From Candidatus Bilamarchaeaceae archaeon (GTDB lineage Archaea > Micrarchaeota > Micrarchaeia > Anstonellales > Bilamarchaeaceae), in the NCBI GenBank assembly GCA_038851325.1, contig JAWCKZ010000011.1, positions 1-22,123 on the forward strand: a stretch of DNA of 22,123 nt, written 5' to 3'. A model generated the notes under the pieces. The model saw only the letters and a list, made by a program, of their open reading frames with translations. It did no database searches and was not told the DNA's origin. Shown here piece by piece: positions 1-7,987 of the stretch (the stretch's first letter is position 1; each line of letters opens with the position of its first letter). The translations under genes were made by a program, and so were the position numbers.

Positions 1-608
1 TAATGCTGTCCTGAAACATTCCTTTCTGCTCCCTCGCATACAATCTCAAACCCTCCATTGCCTGAAGGACATGCCAGAGGATTTCCATCTGTGGTAAATG
101 AAAGTGCTAGCTCTGAATCTGCTGAGAGTTCCCCGCCATCTGTTGAGAACGTACCATTTGCTACATTCAAAAACATGTTGTTAAGCTCTGGAACTGCCGG
201 TGGTTCTGTTGGAGATGGACAGTCTGGAGGAATGACTTCCTCATCAACAACATCCACTGACTCTGGCTCACTGGAATCGCTCTCTTCAGGATCAGCTTCA
301 GTGTCATCCAAATTAACTTCAACAGGGTCGTTTTCTCTACTGTCTATTAAATCATCGATTGCATCAGTATCATGATGCCCATCTGCCTCTTCGATCTCTT
401 CAGTGCTTTCAATATCACCATCTTCAGCTTTTACATGTGATCCACCGCAGTTCGGTGCAGCAAGTGCAAGACCTGCAAGAAGTAGAAGTTTTTCGCCTAC
501 GCGCTTGAAGAAGTTGGACTCGGTTTTTTCAGGATTTCTTTTCTCGGTTTTTTCCCTGCTTTCGGTATTCCCTTCATAATTTTCCGAATAACGTAAAGAG
601 CCTCTCAT
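1..608 (-). CDS. Secreted or lipoprotein-like acidic protein, partial (3' end runs off the window start)
   Basis: Not in the ORF track. My translation from ATG 608 is open to the window edge: MRGSLRYSENYEGNTESREKTEKRNPEKTESNFFKRVGEKLLLLAGLALAAPNCGGSHVKAEDGDIESTEEIEEADG... It has a charged leader, a hydrophobic stretch ending in CGG, a D/E-rich linker, then Cys-containing sequence. A TATA-like TTTAAAA (minus strand) lies at about 632-638. Confidence 0.8.
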   Translation of the reverse strand, partial: MRGSLRYSENYEGNTESREKTEKRNPEKTESNFFKRVGEKLLLLAGLALAAPNCGGSHVKAEDGDIESTEEIEEADGHHDTDAIDDLIDSRENDPVEVNLDDTEADPEESDSSEPESVDVVDEEVIPPDCPSPTEPPAVPELNNMFLNVANGTFSTDGGELSADSELALSFTTDGNPLACPSGNGGFEIVCEGAERNVSGQH

Positions 609-808
609 GTTTCAGATTATGGAAAGAACTATTTTAAAGGTTATCCTTTTTAATTTAAGATGGGGTGGCGAATTACCATGTTTACTCATGGACGCTCGTC
701 ACGCAGCAAGGTTGCTACTCGCTTTCTATAATAATGAGACGGTCTTCTTAAGATCAAACAGAGTGCTTAAACAGGGGATGCAATCGCATCTGTGCCTTGG
801 TTTGAATT

Positions 809-872
809 TTTTGTTAATTATTCTTTACAAAATGCATGCAAATTGTAAATTTAGCTTTACAAAATGCAAAAA
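809..872 (+). repeat. 64-bp perfect direct repeat, copy 1 (operator-like, three internal TTTACAAwwTGCA boxes)
   Basis: TTTTGTTAATTATTCTTTACAAAATGCATGCAAATTGTAAATTTAGCTTTACAAAATGCAAAAA is identical to 2096-2159. Confidence 0.95.
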
Positions 873-880
873 TTTATAAA
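873..880 (+). promoter_or_regulatory. Archaeal TATA box of the AAA+ ATPase gene (probably leaderless transcript)
   Basis: TTTATAAA preceded by A-rich BRE-like GCAAAAA, ending 22 nt before ATG 903. Confidence 0.7.
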
Positions 881-902
881 CACCTAGCATTATATAGTTA
901 TT

Positions 903-2093
903 ATGAACGACGAGGTATTTGGAAAGGCGCTATTTGAAAGCGAACGAAAGATAAACGAAGTAGCTAGGTATACAAAAAAGAGATATTTGTATGATAAGAT
1001 ATCTTCTGTGCCCCTTGAATACTTTGCTGGCTTTTATGGTATAAGAGGCATAGGAAAAAGCGTTATGCTTCTTCAGTTGGCAAGGGAAACAAAAAATCCG
1101 TTTTATTTTTCAGCCGATGCACCATATCTACGAGATGAAAGTATATACGATGTGGCAAAAGGTGCTATCGCGAGAGGATACAAAAATATCTTTATAGATG
1201 AGATTCACACAAAGACGTACTGGGAACAGGATCTTAAAGCGCTTTACGATGAAGGCGAGGGGAGGGTGATATTCTCAGGTTCATCAGCTTTGGAGATAAA
1301 AAAGAAAGGAAGCGAGCTTTCGAGAAGGGCGCTTCTTTTCTACATGAAGCCAGCATCTTTTAGAGAATATGTAGCAATAAAGCACGACCTAGAACTGCCT
1401 GTACTTTCAATAAAGCAGCTCGAAGATTACGAGAAAAGGAAAAAACTAACGCTAGGTTATTCGCATGTTGCTACCTATCTTAGCGAATACTTTAACTACG
1501 GAGGTCTTCTCTACGCAACAGAAAAGGAGTTTTTTTACAACTCCATACAAAACGTCATAGATAAAATTGTTTACACGGACCTTGCATACCTTCGGGAGAT
1601 AAGCATAAAGATAGCGGATGATATCTTCGGTCTTCTTTATTTCATTTCCCTCTCTTCCCCATCCGAAACGAATTATTCAAAGCTAGCAAACTCAGTGAAT
1701 ATTTCAAAGCCAACCGTCATCAATGCAATAAACGACTTGGCGAAGATTGGGATAGTGAAACAAATATTCTCCTGCGGAAAAGGGGCATCAATAAGGAAAG
1801 AACCGAAGCTGTACCTCGCATTTCCGTTTAGAGCATATTTTAACAGCATGAAATCAAGACAGCCGGACATCGGTGCATTTAGGGAAGAATTTTTTGTAAA
1901 CCACGTCGATAACGTCTGCTACGTAAAAACCGAGAGAGGAGCAAAAACACCTGACTTCAAAATCGATGATAAAGTTTTCGAAGTAGGTGGCGCGGGGAAG
2001 ACGCTTAAGCAGAAGGCAGACTACCTAGTCAAGGACGCTGTGCTTATAGAAAAGAAAACCATTCCACTCTTTTTATTCGGTCTCTGCTATTGA
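903..2093 (+). CDS. AAA+ ATPase, COG1373 / AAA_14 + DUF4143 type, with wHTH and C-terminal PD-(D/E)xK-like domain
   Basis: Walker A GIRGIGKS, Walker B IFIDE, SGSS motif, wHTH-like NYSKLANSVNISKPTVINAINDLAKIG, C-terminal TPDFKIDDKVFEVGG. Confidence 0.9.
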   Translation: MNDEVFGKALFESERKINEVARYTKKRYLYDKISSVPLEYFAGFYGIRGIGKSVMLLQLARETKNPFYFSADAPYLRDESIYDVAKGAIARGYKNIFIDEIHTKTYWEQDLKALYDEGEGRVIFSGSSALEIKKKGSELSRRALLFYMKPASFREYVAIKHDLELPVLSIKQLEDYEKRKKLTLGYSHVATYLSEYFNYGGLLYATEKEFFYNSIQNVIDKIVYTDLAYLREISIKIADDIFGLLYFISLSSPSETNYSKLANSVNISKPTVINAINDLAKIGIVKQIFSCGKGASIRKEPKLYLAFPFRAYFNSMKSRQPDIGAFREEFFVNHVDNVCYVKTERGAKTPDFKIDDKVFEVGGAGKTLKQKADYLVKDAVLIEKKTIPLFLFGLCY

Positions 2094-2095
2094 CA

Positions 2096-2159
2096 TTTTG
2101 TTAATTATTCTTTACAAAATGCATGCAAATTGTAAATTTAGCTTTACAAAATGCAAAAA
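2096..2159 (+). repeat. 64-bp perfect direct repeat, copy 2
   Basis: Identical to 809-872. Starts 2 nt after the ATPase stop codon and is not followed by a TATA box. Confidence 0.95.
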
Positions 2160-2219
2160 CATATCCACAGAAAAAGGGATCAGAAGAAATTTACGGAGCA
2201 GATATCCTATGATCTAAAT

Positions 2220-2552
2220 CTAAACAAATCGCGTGCCGCAGGCAGGGCATTGGGTGAGAAACGCCTCACTTCTATAGCCGCATATCGGACAAACATAATA
2301 CGTTTTCGCCGCGCGCTCAAACTCTGCCTCAAAATCATAGCCGCACTTTTTGCATTTCTTCACATCAAGCTCGTTGAGCGTTCCGCAACGCGGGCACTTC
2401 CTCCTGAACATGGATTTTATGCGCACGCCGCATTTAGGGCAGCGCTCCATGTCAAGCGTGATGGACTCGCCGCAGTTCGGGCATTTCTGCTTCTCCCCAC
2501 TCGGCCGCTTGCCGCCTTTCAGTATGTTTCCGAACAAGTCAAATATTCCCAT
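2220..2552 (-). CDS. Triple zinc-ribbon protein (DZR-like)
   Basis: Six CxxC motifs in three pairs (CPNC/CPKC, CPRC/CKKC, CPIC/CPAC). The likely start is ATG 2552 (MGIFDLFG...) with GTGGT upstream, rather than GTG 2561. Confidence 0.85.
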   Translation of the reverse strand: MGIFDLFGNILKGGKRPSGEKQKCPNCGESITLDMERCPKCGVRIKSMFRRKCPRCGTLNELDVKKCKKCGYDFEAEFERAAKTYYVCPICGYRSEAFLTQCPACGTRFV

Positions 2553-2575
2553 CAAAACCACGATAAACGCGTCCG

Positions 2576-2746
2576 CTATCCAAACATTCTCTCTGAACTT
2601 TGCGTCTCGCCTGAGCGCAATGGTATTGCATCAGGAAAACCTTCCGCACCTAAGCGATACTTTTTGATTTTATCCTGCCACTGATCTATATCTGTTTTCC
2701 TCTTTTTCAGCTTGCTGATCGCATCAATAAAATCACTAATGCGCAT
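2576..2746 (-). CDS. Small hypothetical protein (56 aa) or gene relic
   Basis: My translation: MRISDFIDAISKLKKRKTDIDQWQDKIKKYRLGAEGFPDAIPLRSGETQSSERMFG*. It sits directly upstream of, and co-oriented with, the zinc-ribbon gene. Confidence 0.3.
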   Translation of the reverse strand: MRISDFIDAISKLKKRKTDIDQWQDKIKKYRLGAEGFPDAIPLRSGETQSSERMFG

Positions 2747-2839
2747 ACTGGAGATTTAGAAGCATGACCTTCCTGAGGCGTCTTATCATATGAAACTTTT
2801 TTCATATATTCACCCCATATTAATTATGTGCGGAACATG

Positions 2840-2847
2840 TTTTAAAG
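2840..2847 (+). promoter_or_regulatory. TATA-like box upstream of the hairpin array
   Basis: TTTTAAAG. The usual archaeal spacing puts the transcription start at about 2870, the first base of hairpin 1. Confidence 0.45.
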
Positions 2848-2870
2848 CCTTGTGGTCTGGCAAACTTTAC

Positions 2871-2981
2871 GACCAATTGAACGTCGGAATGTTCAATGGT
2901 CCATGTCGGGAATGACGATTCGTTCCCGAACACCTCGCGAACGAGGCGTCGTTCGCAACGCAGAACGAAACATCGTTCTGT
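2871..2981 (+). ncRNA. Candidate structured ncRNA: four tandem stem-loops sharing the core GAAYGW-N4-WYGTTC
   Basis: Cores at 2879-2894, 2910-2925, 2939-2954 and 2963-2978. Outer stems differ but stay paired, and internal mismatches are G-U on the + strand. Confidence 0.55.
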
Positions 2982-3357
2982 AGGATGGAAAAATAAGCCG
3001 AAAATCAGCGGAATTTTGTTTAGGTTTACTGTAGCAGTATTACCACTCTTTAATCGCACATTATTTTTATGCTGGTAAATTTCCTGCGTTTTCTGTGGAA
3101 TTGTGTATTTTTCACACTCTCATTAATATTTATTGTGAACAAAGCACTTTTAAACCATTCCTTGTGTACAAAATAACATAATCGTATTTTAAAATTTTCT
3201 GATACAAATACTGCTTTAGGCGGGTTATCCTCAGATCTGAAGAGTGACATTGCCGCCATCAAAGATTGCGGGGTAGACGGCTATGCTATTTTCACTTACG
3301 AATCTCTTTTGTCTTCAGCCAGTAAAACCAAAAAATTAAAAGATATGACAAAGCAAA

Positions 3358-3780
3358 TTGGATACTGAGGCATATATGAGAATGAAATTTTCAGATTCGA
3401 TTTTAATCTTTGCGGTTGTTCTTTTGGCAGCATTTCTACTTTATTTTTTAGAAGTTTCAAATTTTCTATCTTACCACCTCCCATTGCCAGTTTATCTGTC
3501 TTATCTGCACGGAAAATTCACACATTTAGATGAGCTTGGTGCGTATATCTTGGTAACATGCCAGGATAAAACTCAACAAACGGTGTATGTAATTTATACT
3601 GGGCATGTGTTCGGTGAAACATATGAACAGCACTTTAATTCAGAGGGCCAAAAAGTATGCGAGAATTTTTTCGAAATTCAAAGTTGCAAGGATGCATGTC
3701 CTTATCTTAAATGTTCAGAAAACTATACTTCCTGCACAACTCTCACAGGAAATAAAAGGATATGGGGATGGAGTGAGTAA
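3358..3780 (+). CDS. Hypothetical protein with N-terminal TM helix and Cys-containing C-terminal domain
   Basis: 140-aa ORF with hydrophobic ILIFAVVLLAAFLLYFL and several Cys. The true start may be the downstream MRMKFSD. Confidence 0.65.
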   Translation: MDTEAYMRMKFSDSILIFAVVLLAAFLLYFLEVSNFLSYHLPLPVYLSYLHGKFTHLDELGAYILVTCQDKTQQTVYVIYTGHVFGETYEQHFNSEGQKVCENFFEIQSCKDACPYLKCSENYTSCTTLTGNKRIWGWSE

Positions 3781-3844
3781 GCTAGCCTCTAACTTATTTT
3801 CTAAGTCTCTGTGTACCCCGCGTGGTAATTATACTGTATTAGTA

Positions 3845-3982
3845 TCATAGCACTATTCTGCCAGTGGTGCCGTTTATTTCTAGTACATCGCCGGCTTTGA
3901 GAAGCTTGAAAACATCCTTGGCCGGCTTGTCAACCATTGGTATCTTGGAAATTATCACGACTATTATCAGCTCTGCCTCAGT
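3845..3982 (-). pseudogene. C-terminal relic of an aconitase X swivel-domain protein (DUF126 / phosphomevalonate dehydratase small subunit-like)
   Basis: The frame reads TEAELIIVVIISKIPMVDKPAKDVFKLLKAGDVLEINGTTGRIVL*, which resembles the DUF126 C-terminus (I..IPMVD.P..D.F..L..GD.V.vdg..G.v). It is preceded by an in-frame TGA and has no start codon. Confidence 0.6.
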
Positions 3983-3998
3983 TCACCGTAGCAGTATA

Positions 3999-4148
3999 TC
4001 ATCCTTTTGGCGTGAACGCCTCCAGAATTGAAACAAGACGTACGGCATCGAATCTTCCGGTCATCTTATGCTTCATACTCCTCATTTCGTTTGTTAGTTC
4101 GTTGAATGCACCTTTCAGTATGTTGCTAATAATATCAAGAATCCCCAT
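3999..4148 (-). CDS. 49-aa ORF whose N-terminus resembles that of the zinc-ribbon gene; probable chimeric relic
   Basis: MGILDIISNILKGAFNELTNEMRSMKHKMTGRFDAVRLVSILEAFTPKG*, starting 10 nt after the 1275-aa gene stop with GGTG upstream. Confidence 0.4.
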   Translation of the reverse strand: MGILDIISNILKGAFNELTNEMRSMKHKMTGRFDAVRLVSILEAFTPKG

Positions 4149-4158
4149 AAGAACACCA

Positions 4159-7100
4159 TCATGACGGAATAAACTCGCAGGTTACCTTATAATTCTCCCT
4201 TTGCATAATACTTTTACCGCAGAACGACCCTTCTGTCAATTTAAAAAGGTTGCTCGCACCGCAATCGACCTCTGCACGCCCGCTTCTGGGGTACACGATA
4301 GGCACAGCGCGAGTTATTGGTATTGTTGTCGTACCGTAGGAGTATTTCAAGCCTGTCTCACCTCTTATGCAGCACTTGTTCGGTGGTTCTAACCCGCCGA
4401 TGACCTCCATGTATGCATCAGACGAAATGAGAGAGGAAGCGAAATCGTGCGTTTCGCTCGTGCCATTTGAAAACGTGAATGTGCAGCGATAAATTCCAGG
4501 TGTCTCATCGCAAAGCCGGCATGGCTCAACCACAGTATCAGGCGGACATCTTACTCTTGACGGATCAGCACCCTCTGGCACTGTGCACTCCACGCCATTT
4601 GCGCATATCCTGCTGCATTTTCCTGAAATGACATCAAGCGAGCTACACTGCGTGCAGTTCACGCTCTCAAGCGCAGGCAACTGGGAGAGCAACATCGTAG
4701 GCGAAGGAACAAGAAATCTATTGATCGCTCTTTGGAGATTACAAAACTTTTCACCCTTTATTCCTGTTCCACTTGCACCCTCAACAAGAGCCTCTGGGGT
4801 ACCGGAAAGGGTTCTTCCAGATGCAGGCGCATATATGATACCAATCAAGCCAGAATTTGCGAGTTCTCCAGAGCGGTCGACTATCTTGTTGAAGAGAATA
4901 GCTGAGTTGTCCGACTTCCAGATGCCAACTTTGTCACTGGTAGCAAACCTTGTAATTATAGATGGTTTACCATACTTCAAAATCGTCTTACTAAAAGAGA
5001 GCATGTCATCCACAGTTGCATCTGCCCTTTCATCATCTGTCTCTCCACCACGATACCTATGCTCATATCCAGTGCCAAAAGGACGGTACCAAAACGCGAT
5101 CATGTCAATGTCCATTCTAAGCCGGGGGTCGCTAAACATGCTCGAGAGGAGAGCGTCCAAACTCTCATTGTTTTCTGGATCCCAGACCTCTACAGCTGGA
5201 ATGCATCTCCAGCATTTTGATTTAACAATTCTAGCCCTTTCAGAGATGTTATTCTTTTTTTCTTCTGTAAGAAGTGCGGTGGCAGCCTCAGGCGTATAGA
5301 CGCCGTACATATCTATTGTATCCACTATGACAACTGCTGCACCCATTTCCCCAAAAACATCCTCGAACGGAAAACCATAATGTAAGCTATTTTGCTCATA
5401 ATCCTCAGGTGCCCAATTGCTACCGTCGGCCAAATTAATAACAGGTAAGATTCCTGATTTCATATAATTTCCTATCCTTTCCTTTAAAACTGTTGCAGGT
5501 GGATATGTCCTTGTGGAATACCCGTTTAATTCTTCGACATCTGTTATCCATGACGCTATGCATGGGTAATAGTATCTTGTAAAAATCTCCGAACCACTCT
5601 GCACCAATTTAAAACTAAATTGATGTGTGCATTCCTCTCTGGTTACTGGGTCATCACGACCACGCGAGATTATAGTCTCATTTTCCGGTAAATACGGACC
5701 GATGTTGCGTACAGATTCATAAGCAAGAGTGGAGCCTGTGCACGGTTCGCACCATCCGTATTGCTTCAACGCAGGAAGTCCAGTGCTCTTATCGAGTTTA
5801 CAATTCCCCATAACATCGCTTCCCTGTGGTGGCCCGTAGAAGAGAATTATATTTTTTGGGTATAATAGAAGGTAGGACACGTAGGTGGTATCATCATTCC
5901 CGCCTACAGAATGCTTGTCGAGCTCCTGAGTGCTGGTACCGTCTGCCTGTGGCTCAGGGAATTCAAATATATTTCTTTCCCTTAATTTTTGAGCAGCCAT
6001 AGAACTCAAGGTATACCGACCACCTGAGTATACTGGACTGTTATCAATGCGCTTATACGCAAGAATCCATGGTATGGAAGAGAGAATAAGTTCACCGTCG
6101 TTTACAGTTCCTTTGAGCTCGTGCTGAGTTGCGTTCAGTCTCTCCTCAAACAAGAGTGCGAATGCATCCATAAGCCTCTGCCAGTTTGCGCCATCAGGTG
6201 GTCCTATCTCAACAATCTCATAATCCCCAGTAGGGCAGCCGCGCAGGAACATGGTGTCACTAAGTTGGTTCACAAAGGCATAGCCAACTACCGTCCTCTC
6301 ATTCCCGCCGCTATCCTTCCATTTCACCTTAGCCTCCCCTCCCCTTCCTGTGCCAAAGAAAACAAACCCTCCGGCAGGTGGGTAGGTCTCACCTTCAAGA
6401 ATAGGACAATCTACCTCTGTTGTCTCATCATTATCGCCGTAAAAATGCGTACACTCTTTTTTCTGTCTTCTTTCGATACGAATACCTGCAGGCATTTTGG
6501 CTATGGTGAAATCCCTGCTCACAACCTGCTCACTGATGTTATAATCAAGTACATTTGTACGATCGCTGCAGTAAGGATCAGGATCGTAGAACTTTTTATC
6601 ATACCTATCCCTTTCCCAGCCGCCGGCAAAATCACACCACTCGTTTCGCAATTCGCATCTGTGGTCGCCTCCTTTACCAGTACAATCCCCTATACAACCA
6701 AGAATCCAAAGATTACCTGGCTTCTCGCAATCCTCAACCTCTCCTATATCTTCAGCATCGTATTCATCGACCTCTATCTTGATCTTCGCCATTTTTACAG
6801 TGACAGGTGCATAGGTGAATGAAGGCTCCCCCTCGCCTCCTACACCCACTGATGAGAGTGAAGAGCAAACAACGATGGGATTTCCACTTACATCCGTGAA
6901 CGAGTTACAGTCTGCAGAAGCCTCGCGCTCCTCTTCACCGAATACTGCTATATTTACCCCACGGGAGTAGAAGTCAAACGAGCATGTGCCCGAGTAGCAA
7001 TCAGTTGGAAGGGAACATTCGAATGGCGCACGGCTTACTGTCTGATTAAAAATCGTTTTCGCATACGCCGTAGAAAGCCCTTTTCTATAGAACGCTCTAT

Positions 7101-7986
7101 CAATTCTAAAGTATGGCCCGTCGTTCCATGCTGGCTGGTCCTCTAGCCATGGCACAAGTTGCTCATAATAAGCCTCAAAATTATACTCAGATCTATCCTT
7201 TAAATTTGTAAGACCTGTGTACTTGTCCTCTTCAGGATAAACAAGCGGGCCGTAGGCAAGCGGGATAACATCTGATGTTGATATTTTGGAATCGTCAATA
7301 CAATCCGGCATATTCAAAGGATTGTATGGCTGGTACAAAGATGAATCGCTGGCACCAAGGTAATTCATATATCTGTCTATCTTTGTTTCTTTTTCACTCA
7401 CACCAATAGAAAGACCGCAGTACTTGTCTGAAGATGGAAAAAGATATCGATATCGTTCAAATTCATTAAAGCTTCCCCCCACGCCAAAGCGAAAGACGTT
7501 TACAGCGGAGTCTGTTGACTTCATAACAGACGCAAGCTTGTTATCCATTTTCATAAATTTACACTGCGCCTTGTAGAAGCCGATCCGCGCCTTCTCCTCT
7601 TCCTGTTCAGGTGGAACATCAACCGCTGCTTCCCCTCCAGCTGTTTGGACAACGCCAGGAGATATCTTAGGCTTGAAAATAAAATCCCCGCAAATCATCG
7701 CAGTGCAGTTTGGGTCTATGCACTCGTTGAGTTCAGCGTCTGTGCATATCGGGACTAGATAATCTCTATCACCGATAGTCACATTACAGTTACCCTCTTC
7801 AAGATTACACCAGTGTGTCTTGCCATAGTAATCCTCAAGAACAGACGTTGTCATGTTAAGAAGGGCGCATTTTCCATCCTTTGTTGCATTCTCCTTTGCG
7901 CAGCAACCAATCTTTGCGGGTTGCTCAACACAGCCGAGCACAAGCAAAAGCGCGAATAGGAATACGAGAGCGATGACCTTTTTCAT
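4159..7986 (-). CDS. Very large Cys-rich secreted lipoprotein with a possible degenerate glycoside-hydrolase-like (beta/alpha) domain
   Basis: MKKVIALVFLFALLLVLGC lipobox-like signal, Cys-rich ends, and an alternating strand/helix region (GILPVINL...AVVIVDT...IDMIAFWY...GKPSIITRF...GLIGIIY). Confidence 0.85.
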   Translation of the reverse strand: MKKVIALVFLFALLLVLGCVEQPAKIGCCAKENATKDGKCALLNMTTSVLEDYYGKTHWCNLEEGNCNVTIGDRDYLVPICTDAELNECIDPNCTAMICGDFIFKPKISPGVVQTAGGEAAVDVPPEQEEEKARIGFYKAQCKFMKMDNKLASVMKSTDSAVNVFRFGVGGSFNEFERYRYLFPSSDKYCGLSIGVSEKETKIDRYMNYLGASDSSLYQPYNPLNMPDCIDDSKISTSDVIPLAYGPLVYPEEDKYTGLTNLKDRSEYNFEAYYEQLVPWLEDQPAWNDGPYFRIDRAFYRKGLSTAYAKTIFNQTVSRAPFECSLPTDCYSGTCSFDFYSRGVNIAVFGEEEREASADCNSFTDVSGNPIVVCSSLSSVGVGGEGEPSFTYAPVTVKMAKIKIEVDEYDAEDIGEVEDCEKPGNLWILGCIGDCTGKGGDHRCELRNEWCDFAGGWERDRYDKKFYDPDPYCSDRTNVLDYNISEQVVSRDFTIAKMPAGIRIERRQKKECTHFYGDNDETTEVDCPILEGETYPPAGGFVFFGTGRGGEAKVKWKDSGGNERTVVGYAFVNQLSDTMFLRGCPTGDYEIVEIGPPDGANWQRLMDAFALLFEERLNATQHELKGTVNDGELILSSIPWILAYKRIDNSPVYSGGRYTLSSMAAQKLRERNIFEFPEPQADGTSTQELDKHSVGGNDDTTYVSYLLLYPKNIILFYGPPQGSDVMGNCKLDKSTGLPALKQYGWCEPCTGSTLAYESVRNIGPYLPENETIISRGRDDPVTREECTHQFSFKLVQSGSEIFTRYYYPCIASWITDVEELNGYSTRTYPPATVLKERIGNYMKSGILPVINLADGSNWAPEDYEQNSLHYGFPFEDVFGEMGAAVVIVDTIDMYGVYTPEAATALLTEEKKNNISERARIVKSKCWRCIPAVEVWDPENNESLDALLSSMFSDPRLRMDIDMIAFWYRPFGTGYEHRYRGGETDDERADATVDDMLSFSKTILKYGKPSIITRFATSDKVGIWKSDNSAILFNKIVDRSGELANSGLIGIIYAPASGRTLSGTPEALVEGASGTGIKGEKFCNLQRAINRFLVPSPTMLLSQLPALESVNCTQCSSLDVISGKCSRICANGVECTVPEGADPSRVRCPPDTVVEPCRLCDETPGIYRCTFTFSNGTSETHDFASSLISSDAYMEVIGGLEPPNKCCIRGETGLKYSYGTTTIPITRAVPIVYPRSGRAEVDCGASNLFKLTEGSFCGKSIMQRENYKVTCEFIPS

Positions 7987-7987
7987 T

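Noticed and set aside
58..375. Ser-rich + strand ORF (105 aa)
   Set aside because: Antisense shadow of the acidic minus-strand gene starting at 608.
607..879. 90-aa + strand ORF
   Set aside because: Spans divergent promoters and the 64-bp repeat; no protein-like features.
2151..2684. + strand ORFs of 177 and 105 aa
   Set aside because: Antisense to the clear zinc-ribbon gene.
2871..2981. CRISPR array interpretation
   Set aside because: Units are not identical, only 8-15 nt separate the cores, and no cas genes are in the window.
3046..3058. CTCTTTAATCGCA resembling the right arm of the attC-like site
   Set aside because: No matching left arm and no following GTT; probably chance.
2828..3060. 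GTGCG on both strands as group II intron 5' ends
   Set aside because: No domain V catalytic hairpin and no RT/maturase ORF found.
2820..3262. Short ORFs over the hairpin array (79, 60 and 70 aa)
   Set aside because: No recognisable motifs; the palindromic structure explains the region better.
3268..3821. 11-bp imperfect IR (GCGGGGTAGAC / GTGTACCCCGC) around the 140-aa gene
   Set aside because: Short, one mismatch, and no target duplication or nested arms; insufficient to call an element.
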